From assembly GCA_963662585.1 (NCBI GenBank), contig OY759729.1, forward strand, positions 352,001-416,000: a DNA stretch of 64,000 bases, read 5' to 3'. The notes under the pieces are model-generated. The model worked only from the letters and a program-made list of their open reading frames with translations. It had not been told where the DNA came from and searched no databases. The position numbers and the translations under genes were made by a program. This document shows, piece by piece, positions 51,203-59,202 of the stretch (position 1 is its first letter; the number at the start of each line of letters is the position of its first letter). The stretch is from Candidatus Cloacimonadales bacterium (lineage in GTDB: Bacteria; Cloacimonadota; Cloacimonadia; Cloacimonadales; JAFGVF01).

Positions 51203-52757
51203 TTAATTTCTTATGCTTCTTGCTCTTACTCTCCCTCTACCAAGGTCATACTCAGAGAACCTCTCTAAACATCCAACAGTACAGTCAGGTCCATCAACAT
51301 ATCCATCAGGATAGGTGCAGAACTGGCTAATCAAAACAGGAGTATCTTGACCATCAGGAAAGAGTATTTTACCTGTTTCAATAGTAGTATCAGACCTTTC
51401 AATCCTAAGAAACTTGTTCTCACTGGTGTTAATCTTCTTAAGTTTATAACCTATTGGTGGGTAGTTGTTCTCTTTTAGCCATTTATCCATATCGACAACC
51501 ATCCTGTCTTGCCCGTACACTGTTTCAATAGCACCTCTAAACTTAGCTCCATACTTACGGGTAAGCTCTGTAAAAGAATCATTGTAGTATTTAAAGAACT
51601 TAGAGTTCTCAGTTTGCCTTACCCAGCAGTGAATCATATAAAAGTGGTGTCCCATCGTAGCCTATTGAGACTATCGCCTTAAAACACCCTTTTTTGCCCC
51701 AAGCAGGATCAGCATACAACCAGACTCTTCTGAAGTTCTTTGGCAATATTTTCCACTTCTTAAACCAGTGATACTTGAACATATTCCCTTCTATCACTGC
51801 CTTACCAAGAAACTCTTGTTGATATCCAGTGTGTCCAAACTTCTTTCTTAGTGCTGGCAAGCTCTCGGTAGGGTATTGTTCTTCCCAGACTGATTTGCCT
51901 TCTGCATCTTCAAGAGGGAACCTAAGCAAGAACTTATCATTACCAAAGAGATGCTGAACATTATAAACATCAAAGTCAGTCTCCTGGTAATCATCTTGAG
52001 CCTTAATTTCTTCTTTGATAAGCTCCTCAAATTGACAGATAGCATAGTTAGGATGTACCAGGTTACCAAGCCAGATAACCTTACCACCAGCAGGATCTAA
52101 ACCACCACCACACTCTTTGATAATCTTACCCATCTTACGGCGGCCTATAGTCTGATTACCTATATTCTCTTCTCTATCAATATCATCACATATTATCACA
52201 CCTGGCCGTTTCGCAGTTCGTGGGTTGATAGTTCCTCTAATAGCCTGGGAAGTACCTCTTGCCCTGATTCTTGTTCTATTTTTCAGGAAGAAATCAACCT
52301 CATCACTTCCTATTGGTGTTAGTTCAGGGTAGTCATTGATTAGCCTGGTGTTCTGAGTAAGCTCGTTATAAGTGAAAGAAGTTCTCTCTGCAGCTAAGCC
52401 TTCATCAGATGCTACATGAATCACATAGCTTTCACCTTTAATAATCTTCCAGATAGGATAGACAATACCTAATTCAACGGTTTTACCCATACCACGATAA
52501 CCGGAAACAGCATTAATACCATCTCTTTCATCTACATATTCAAAGGCTTCTCGATGTCCTTCAGAGAACTTTAAGCCAAAGATATGAGGAAAATACTCAC
52601 TACAAAAATAGGAGAAGGCCTTCCAGCCCTCCCCTTTAACCTTGTTTCTTCTATGGCGTTTATCTTTCTCAGTATTGCCAACGAAGGGGCGTATCGTTAC
52701 CCTTTTCTCTGCTATTTCTTCAAATCTCTTATTATCTTTTTGTGTAATTTTAATCAT
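51203..52757 (-). pseudogene. Terminase large subunit, split by a single-base frameshift near 51652
   Basis: Walker A GYRGMGKT, Walker B IICDDID, nuclease YADPAWG and DGPD; removing one G in GATGGGACAC joins IGYDG to HHFYMIHCW. Confidence 0.85.
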
Positions 52758-52951
52758 CTAAGCACCAACTCAGTAATTTCTCTATCCAAAACAATACTTG
52801 TGATGGTATTAACCCATCTCCGCCTATCTAACCATACAGCAAGCTTTTCATAACTATCTGTTATTACTTCCTTTTCTGCCATATTTGCATCGTCGCCTTT
52901 GTATTTTATTTTCCACACCTTCTTAGTGATCTCTTTCATATTATCCTCCAT
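52754..52951 (-). CDS. Hypothetical phage protein
   Basis: Part of a tightly overlapping small-ORF chain. Confidence 0.5.
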   Translation of the reverse strand: MEDNMKEITKKVWKIKYKGDDANMAEKEVITDSYEKLAVWLDRRRWVNTITSIVLDREITELVLR

Positions 52952-53216
52952 TTCTAGTATTCCAATATTTCTCTACAGCTTCTATAATTTCAGGGTTTAC
53001 TTCGCCATGACCAAGGCAACAGCCATTTCCAACTGAACCAAGTGAGCAATCTTTGTTGCCTTTATAGCCATAAACACAGTCACAACAGGAAACCATATTA
53101 TAATTATATCTGTATTTATAATAAACCATCTCATCTATTTCTATCTTGGCAGGCTTCTCTACAGGAGCATCCCAATCTATCACAACTTGAGCTTCTTTAC
53201 TTGTTTGTGGTTTCAT
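52941..53216 (-). CDS. Hypothetical Cys-rich phage protein
   Basis: CCDC..C..CC; in the small-ORF chain. Confidence 0.5.
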   Translation of the reverse strand: MKPQTSKEAQVVIDWDAPVEKPAKIEIDEMVYYKYRYNYNMVSCCDCVYGYKGNKDCSLGSVGNGCCLGHGEVNPEIIEAVEKYWNTRNGG

Positions 53217-53218
53217 TG

Positions 53219-53482
53219 CTAACTTCTTTGAATGTTTAATTTCTCACCACAGAAAGGGCAGTGCCACATTTCAAATGCTGTAATTTCTGTTTCTCCATCT
53301 TCTCTCATTATTTCAAAAGGAATGAAATAAATGCGGTCTCTTAAGGTTATATGTGGGTAGGTAACTAAGACAACTGGCTCTCCACAAGCTTTTCTATTTT
53401 CAGCTTCTTTTATTTCTTTCATGTGGTTTTCAAAACAATTACACACTTTCTTCCTCCTCATCTTTATCAACAAGCTCATCAT
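53219..53482 (-). CDS. Hypothetical Zn-binding phage protein
   Basis: CNC and HCPFCGEKL motifs. Confidence 0.6.
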   Translation of the reverse strand: MMSLLIKMRRKKVCNCFENHMKEIKEAENRKACGEPVVLVTYPHITLRDRIYFIPFEIMREDGETEITAFEMWHCPFCGEKLNIQRS

Positions 53483-53729
53483 ACTCTTCTTTGCTTATTA
53501 AGCTCATAACTCCAGCTTCTTTATTTCCTTCAGGTAGATTTGTCTTAAATACTATTCGTTCAGAAGGCAGACACAAAGTTATTAACAGCAAAGCATCTTT
53601 TGCCATACTCACTGAAATACTTGTTGCTATAGACAACATCTGTTCATCTTTTATATGTGCTAAATCAAGAATATCTTGTCTAAACTTTATCTTCTTCTCT
53701 TCGTTTGTAATTTCTAAATATCGTATCAT
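53439..53729 (-). CDS. Hypothetical phage protein
   Basis: GGAGG RBS, ATGA coupling. Confidence 0.55.
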   Translation of the reverse strand: MIRYLEITNEEKKIKFRQDILDLAHIKDEQMLSIATSISVSMAKDALLLITLCLPSERIVFKTNLPEGNKEAGVMSLISKEEYDELVDKDEEEESV

Positions 53730-53941
53730 TTTACCCTCCTCCCCTTGCTACCTGTAGCAAGGCCAAACAAGTGTGGTGCTAATCTACCAGGATTAATTTT
53801 AAAGTATTCACAAGCATTCCACAAGACACACGCCATAAAAGTTATAGGGTTTTTAAAGTTCCAGAATATCATCTTTCTCTCCTTATTGATCTTCTCCATT
53901 CTCCGCACCAACTTAAAGGTGATGTCCTCGCAAAAACCCAT
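53726..53941 (-). CDS. Hypothetical phage protein (start probably internal)
   Basis: In the small-ORF chain. Confidence 0.4.
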   Translation of the reverse strand: MGFCEDITFKLVRRMEKINKERKMIFWNFKNPITFMACVLWNACEYFKINPGRLAPHLFGLATGSKGRRVK

Positions 53942-54123
53942 TCATGTTTAATCTCATTTTCATAGTTTTTACCATGTATATATGCATAGTGAACATCCAT
54001 AGGAGGTTTTCTTCTGCAGATAGGAGTACCTTCATTCAAATAATACTCGCAGTTTGCACAACGACGTTCACCTTTTATTGCTTTTTCCATATCTTGCTGA
54101 GCAGCAGCACCCATATTACCCAT
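53869..54123 (-). CDS. Hypothetical Cys-rich phage protein
   Basis: CANC..CRRKPP..WCGEW motif common in small phage proteins; GGAGG RBS. Confidence 0.6.
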   Translation of the reverse strand: MGNMGAAAQQDMEKAIKGERRCANCEYYLNEGTPICRRKPPMDVHYAYIHGKNYENEIKHEWVFARTSPLSWCGEWRRSIRRER

Positions 54124-54571
54124 TAGAGACCTCCTTCTTGGTTAATATATAAATATACCTTTTCCCATCACCACATACAACACTTTGGTCTTTTCTTAGA
54201 TTTCTTAGAACAACACTCCCATCTCCAATAGGAATAGGGGTGATACTATATTCATCTCCATGGCTTTTTAATACATTAAAATCATCCTTAGTAGAAGGAA
54301 AAGCATCAAGAAGTGGAGCTTCTAGGTCTATTGGTCGGAAAATATCATTAATTGATCTATATATATCATGCAGTGTATCTTCTGAAAAAAAGATATTATC
54401 ACAGCCGTCCTTATACACTTCATCTCCAGATTCCTCGATATCCTCATATCTCCTATTTTTATCCTCGAACCATGCAGGAAAACCTGCCACTACATGTGCA
54501 GTTACTTCAAATAAGTCGTTGTCCTCATCTAATAGATAATACTTTTTATCTTTGCTTATTTTACTCATCAT
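54116..54571 (-). CDS. Hypothetical phage protein
   Basis: AGGAG RBS, overlaps both neighbours. Confidence 0.55.
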   Translation of the reverse strand: MMSKISKDKKYYLLDEDNDLFEVTAHVVAGFPAWFEDKNRRYEDIEESGDEVYKDGCDNIFFSEDTLHDIYRSINDIFRPIDLEAPLLDAFPSTKDDFNVLKSHGDEYSITPIPIGDGSVVLRNLRKDQSVVCGDGKRYIYILTKKEVSNG

Positions 54572-54909
54572 TTTCTCCTTTCAATATGCCATAATTCATT
54601 ATGTAGATCACCAAGCTCAAAAGAAAGCTTACATCTCTCATCACTAAGTTTAATGGTATCTCTTCTTTGCCTCTTAGATAGTTTAAAAAGCTCTTTCTCT
54701 CTTTTAGCTAATTTACACAGCTTATCATCTATTTCTTTGCGTTTCTTCCCAGGATCAGAAGCCTTCCACTCTTCCAAGAGAGCTTGAGCCTCAATTCTAA
54801 TGTCGCATATCTCTCCAAGTGGATTAGCATCTAATATCTCATCAATTGCCTTTATTCTCTTTTCATTATAGGCTATTGATTTTCTTACTATTTTCTCTTT
54901 AGTGGTCAC
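54568..54909 (-). CDS. Hypothetical coiled-coil phage protein
   Basis: AGGAG RBS, in the chain. Confidence 0.55.
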   Translation of the reverse strand: MTTKEKIVRKSIAYNEKRIKAIDEILDANPLGEICDIRIEAQALLEEWKASDPGKKRKEIDDKLCKLAKREKELFKLSKRQRRDTIKLSDERCKLSFELGDLHNELWHIERRK

Positions 54910-54920
54910 TGATCATCTCC

Positions 54921-55376
54921 TTAGCTCGTAGCTCTTTCACTAAAATACTCTATTATCCCACCATCACCTAATATCTCTTTCTGGATGGCCTTAGCAATAC
55001 TCTCATCTTTAATCAGGAAGAAATCAACCAACCAATCTAAGAATTTCTTTAGGTATTCCACGAAGTCTCTATTAGGCTCAATCTCTTTCTTATACTGTCT
55101 TAGCAAAGAAACTAATGATTGTAAGGCTGTATCTTGAGGAGCCCTGGAGTATTCACTTAATGCTCGGACAAGAGCTTTCTTAATTGCGATCTTGATATCA
55201 TCTTCTAAGTTGGTAATCTCTTCTAATTCATCTTTCCACTTGTACTTATTAATCCAGTTCCTGATAGTGTTTTTGCTTACACCAAAAGTATTAGCCAATT
55301 TAGCTATCTCAGTTTCACCTTTGAGATATAGCTGTTTTGCCAGCTCTCTCTTTTCTCTATAATCTCTTGTATTCAT
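54921..55376 (-). CDS. Putative terminase small subunit (N-terminal HTH)
   Basis: KRELAKQLYL.G....LA..FGVSKNTIRNWI....W HTH typical of small terminases of transposable phages. Confidence 0.7.
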   Translation of the reverse strand: MNTRDYREKRELAKQLYLKGETEIAKLANTFGVSKNTIRNWINKYKWKDELEEITNLEDDIKIAIKKALVRALSEYSRAPQDTALQSLVSLLRQYKKEIEPNRDFVEYLKKFLDWLVDFFLIKDESIAKAIQKEILGDGGIIEYFSERATS

Positions 55377-55627
55377 CTTTTTCTCTCCTCTGGGGTATCT
55401 ACGCTATTTTTACTATCAATTAGCTTATCCTCTTTGATAAAACCCTCCATTGTTAATATATGGATAGTAGAACTTACTGTTGAAAGAATAGCTAAATCCA
55501 TGTTTTCATTATCCTCAAACAAATCAGTCTGGGATAGTGATTTCAATATACTGTCTGCTATTTTAACTAACAGATCATTTCCACCATTTAATCTAGTTAA
55601 CCTTATCTCTTTACCTTCTAACTTCAT
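55373..55627 (-). CDS. Hypothetical phage protein
   Basis: GAGGAG RBS, ATGA overlap with the small terminase gene. Confidence 0.55.
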   Translation of the reverse strand: MKLEGKEIRLTRLNGGNDLLVKIADSILKSLSQTDLFEDNENMDLAILSTVSSTIHILTMEGFIKEDKLIDSKNSVDTPEERKR

Positions 55628-55774
55628 CTTATCTCCTCTCTTAAAAACTCTGTGAAACTCCTCTTAACCTCTGTGAAACTCTGTGTTAAGGGTCTTTTCT
55701 TATTTAGTGTAATTCGTGTAATTAGCCTGGGTAGGCGAAGCTTTATGCGAAGACTCCTGGATAGATTATCTTCA

Positions 55775-56161
55775 TCATAACCGCTCTTTCTCATAATTTT
55801 CCAACACCTTAATCAATCCTCCTTTCTCTTTGGAAGTCATGTATTTAAGATTTGGCTTACCCCATTTCTCACAAATGAAGTTATTAAGATTAATCATAGT
55901 AATCCCTAATCTCTTACACTTAGCATAGATCATCTTATCTTGTTGATTAAACTCTATATACTTATGAGTTAGTTCTTCACCATGCAGTATTTTATTGAAG
56001 TTAATCAAAGAAGAAAGGCTAAGTTTGCGAAGTGAATCACCATAGCCGGTATTCTTCATTAAATCATGTAGTTGATCTATATCCATATCTAATTCTCTTT
56101 TAGCATATACTACCACTTGACTTCTCAATGATTTCGCATACTTAGCCTGTTTCTCTGTCAT
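55775..56161 (-). CDS. GemA/gp16-like protein
   Basis: AKRELDMD..L..L...G.DSLRKLS, L..F....G...L..MT..E...LI..L pattern; Mu-like early-region position. Confidence 0.6.
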   Translation of the reverse strand: MTEKQAKYAKSLRSQVVVYAKRELDMDIDQLHDLMKNTGYGDSLRKLSLSSLINFNKILHGEELTHKYIEFNQQDKMIYAKCKRLGITMINLNNFICEKWGKPNLKYMTSKEKGGLIKVLENYEKERL

Positions 56162-56292
56162 AACTTCTCCTCTTAACTCCCCTCTTTAGTGCTGAAAGCA
56201 CATTAAAAGAGGGGTGGCTGGGTATTTCCCAGACGGGGTGTTTCTTCTCTTAATCCCCCTCCGTGAGGGGGACAAAGGGGGTGTTTCTTCTT

Positions 56293-56523
56293 TCAATCAT
56301 TTACAGGATCTACTTGATGTTCAGCTAGATACTTGTTTAATTCTGCACCATGAATTCGTAGTTGTCCATTACCTTTTAACCTTACTGCAGGCAAAGGCTC
56401 ATCCACTCGTCTTATCATTCTATACACCGTTCGAATATTGACTGATAGCAGGTCTGCTACTCTGGTAGGAGTATAGTACTTACTGTTATCAAATACTACT
56501 TTCGCATCCATAAGGCTACTCAA
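56293..56523 (-). CDS. Excisionase-like HTH protein
   Basis: YTPTRVADLLSVNIRTVYRMI...LPAVRL..QLRI. Confidence 0.75.
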   Translation of the reverse strand: MSSLMDAKVVFDNSKYYTPTRVADLLSVNIRTVYRMIRRVDEPLPAVRLKGNGQLRIHGAELNKYLAEHQVDPVND

Positions 56524-57628
56524 TCGAACTGAAGTTTAGAGTTACCAGGCTAAATGATTTATCGCTATCCTCTCTCTCATAAAAAGCTATATACTGCTTG
56601 GTAGAAGTAACTTCAATAGCTTCATTAATCAGGTCCATTGCTACTTTCCATTCTGAGTCTTTGATATTATACTGTCTGAGAGATAGTATTCTGCCTTTAG
56701 CAACTTCGCCTTTTCTATCTACCTGAAAGGCCTCTCTAATAACAGCTTGAAGGTTAATATTAGAATTCTCACTCCACCTGATCAGGCAATCATCTATCTT
56801 CTGCTTGGCTATCTGTAGCTTCTCAGTAAACTGGATTCTCTCTTTGTACTTAACCTCAATTTTAGCAGAACCATCAAAGGAGAGAAGCTCGGCATTGCCT
56901 TTCCAGTTCTCACCATATTGTTCAGCTGTATCAGCTAAATACTTCTCAATATCTGCTACCATCTTAGTCTTTTCATCAGCTATCTTCTCATTAAGAGCTT
57001 TAGCTTTCTTCATCAGTCTTTTTACCAGTTTATCACGCTTGACAAGTTGCTTATCTAATATCTTTTCTGGGTACTCTCTACCTTGAGCATCATACAAAAC
57101 ACCACTTGCTTTGCTTGTTTTAGGTTTTGATTTAGTTCTAACTTTGTCCGATACCATCTCTTTGGCTCCTTCTGTTATTTTTTTGCCTACTATATCGTAG
57201 TTAATTTCATTTTCTGTATATTGAAATATGCCGTCTCCCCTGGTAACATAATCCATGGAAACAAAAGCTATTAAATACTTTATTACTGCCTTATGCGAAA
57301 CACCGGTTAAAGTCTCTAATTGCCTACCACTGCTGATCTCAGTCTTGCCAATCATCCCATATAGCCTCTCCATGATCTCATAACTATAGCCACTTGGATT
57401 ATTCTTTTTAACTGGGTGAAAGTCTCCATTTTTAACATAAATTCTCTCTCTGCCCTGGCGTGCTACAGCCTTAATATAACCCTCACTTAAAAGATGTGAC
57501 ATAAGTCTGCGAACCCTACTAAGTTCAACCCCTGAAAGGCTTGCTATATTAGCACAGGTAAAAGGTTTATGTGAATACTTGATACAGTTAGTTATTTTCT
57601 TCCGGGTTTCTTTAACTCTTGCTGGCAT
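56516..57628 (-). CDS. DUF3164-like protein with N-terminal winged-HTH region
   Basis: KGN..L.SFDG..KI....ERI.F.EKLQIAK.KID.C...WS, AFQVD.KG, W..AM..I..A......K.Y..FYER; follows the MuB-type gene. Confidence 0.75.
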   Translation of the reverse strand: MPARVKETRKKITNCIKYSHKPFTCANIASLSGVELSRVRRLMSHLLSEGYIKAVARQGRERIYVKNGDFHPVKKNNPSGYSYEIMERLYGMIGKTEISSGRQLETLTGVSHKAVIKYLIAFVSMDYVTRGDGIFQYTENEINYDIVGKKITEGAKEMVSDKVRTKSKPKTSKASGVLYDAQGREYPEKILDKQLVKRDKLVKRLMKKAKALNEKIADEKTKMVADIEKYLADTAEQYGENWKGNAELLSFDGSAKIEVKYKERIQFTEKLQIAKQKIDDCLIRWSENSNINLQAVIREAFQVDRKGEVAKGRILSLRQYNIKDSEWKVAMDLINEAIEVTSTKQYIAFYEREDSDKSFSLVTLNFSSIE

Positions 57629-57636
57629 TATCCCTC

Positions 57637-58362
57637 CTATCCAATCTCGATATATTTTAATTGTTCTATTGTAAAATCTGTAATGTTATGAACTTTTGAT
57701 ACTGATTCTATTGAATATAAAGCCTTTATAAGCTTGCGGATATTACCTTTAGTTACATTCTTAAGAAACTTCACTATCTTATCATCTATTCTTACATCTG
57801 GAACCTCTTGGCACATCATCCTAATATCATCCTCACTCACTTCCTGAAACTCTAAGAAATAATTACATCTATCGAAGTAGTGAGCATCTGCCATTAATAA
57901 TCTCTCTCTGGCATCACTCATACCTACTAAGATAATCACGCAAAGTGTCTCATCTACTAAGTCTCTAATACATCCCAGTATCTTCTTCTTATCGAAAGCA
58001 TAGTCTATTTCATCAATCACAATCACCAGGTTGTCATAGTTTCTCAAAATACCCAATATCTTATTGAATATCTCATTAGTATTACCGTATATAGGAGATT
58101 TTGGCATTCCTAAGTTATACTTGATTATCTCTAAAAGTTGTATTAAAAAGCTCTTAGTTGCCATACTTGCATCAAGTCTAAGATATACATAATCATTTAG
58201 AATAGCTTGTTGCTTGGCGAACCTGCTTTTGCCTAAACCAGGTTGCCCATAGATCATTCCTAATCCGACCATCTCTGTTTTTGGCCTATTAAGTAAATAG
58301 CTTAGCATCTTCTCACCAGCCATCACATTCTTAGTTTTGCTTAAAGTTAACTCTTTCATCAT
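57637..58362 (-). CDS. MuB-type AAA ATPase (transposition protein B)
   Basis: YGQPGLGKS, IVIDEID, RDLVDET...IILVGM, GNIR.L. Confidence 0.85.
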   Translation of the reverse strand: MMKELTLSKTKNVMAGEKMLSYLLNRPKTEMVGLGMIYGQPGLGKSRFAKQQAILNDYVYLRLDASMATKSFLIQLLEIIKYNLGMPKSPIYGNTNEIFNKILGILRNYDNLVIVIDEIDYAFDKKKILGCIRDLVDETLCVIILVGMSDARERLLMADAHYFDRCNYFLEFQEVSEDDIRMMCQEVPDVRIDDKIVKFLKNVTKGNIRKLIKALYSIESVSKVHNITDFTIEQLKYIEIG

Positions 58363-58403
58363 TCTCTCCTTTACTTCTTTATATCCCCTTCTATGAGGGG
58401 GAT

Positions 58404-59072
58404 TTAGGGTGTGTTACCCTTTTTTGTTTTTAAAAATTGTACATATAAGTTCTTGATTAAAGCATCATTAATGCCCTTACTCAAAGCCGCTTTCTGAAAC
58501 AACTTCTCCTGGGCCAAATACTCTTTCCAGTCCTCAGAAGTTGCTTGAGAGAGTAGCTTTTCACTAAGCTGAGCCCACTCTTTCTGTTTCTTAATATCTG
58601 TCTTACTTAGTGCAGGGCTTTCTGCTATTTCACGCACAGCTACAATCTCATTATTGCGGTACATTCTCTTTTTGTTATCTATTATCCACTCTTGAAGATA
58701 ACCCTCAAACTTGCTTCCAAATAAGGTTTTAGGCCTTAAATACTTGAACTGGTCATTCTTTAGCCATTGACGGCACTTAATATCTATTACTTTTTTAAAC
58801 TCATCTACCTTAAAGCCCTCTTTCAATCTTGCCCGGATTAAGGCCTTAGTCTCTGGTGTATTTGCTCGAAACTCTTTACCAGTGCTTTGATTTAGATAAT
58901 TAACTATCTCATCTATCTGATATTGTGTGGAAATACTACTGCTTTTGGTAGTTACACTAATTGATTTATGCTTATTTATTAACCTAAGCAGGAACTCTCT
59001 TTGCTTAACTTCCAATATTTCTTTACCTATTAGGTTAAGAGCTTCTACATATAATTCTCTATTACTCTTCAT
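58404..59072 (-). CDS. Protein with a phage replication-initiator C-terminal domain (Phg_2220_C-like)
   Basis: EIVNYLNQSTGKEFR....T..LIRARLKEGF....FK.VID.K...W......YLRPKTLFGSKFEGYL. Confidence 0.8.
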   Translation of the reverse strand: MKSNRELYVEALNLIGKEILEVKQREFLLRLINKHKSISVTTKSSSISTQYQIDEIVNYLNQSTGKEFRANTPETKALIRARLKEGFKVDEFKKVIDIKCRQWLKNDQFKYLRPKTLFGSKFEGYLQEWIIDNKKRMYRNNEIVAVREIAESPALSKTDIKKQKEWAQLSEKLLSQATSEDWKEYLAQEKLFQKAALSKGINDALIKNLYVQFLKTKKGNTP

Positions 59073-59083
59073 CTTTTCCTCTT

Positions 59084-59181
59084 AATTCCCCTCTGCGGAG
59101 GGGTGGCTTGGTATTTCCAAGACGGGGTGGTCTCAATTCCCCTCTGTGGAGGGGTGGCTTGGTATTTCCAAGACGGGGTGG
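59084..59181. repeat. Two tandem REP-like units (51-bp period)
   Basis: AATTCCCCTCTG(C/T)GGAGGGGTGGCTTGGTATTTCCAAGACGGGGTGG at 59084 and 59135. Confidence 0.85.
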
Positions 59182-59202
59182 TTCTTCTCTTATTTTTCAT
59201 TC

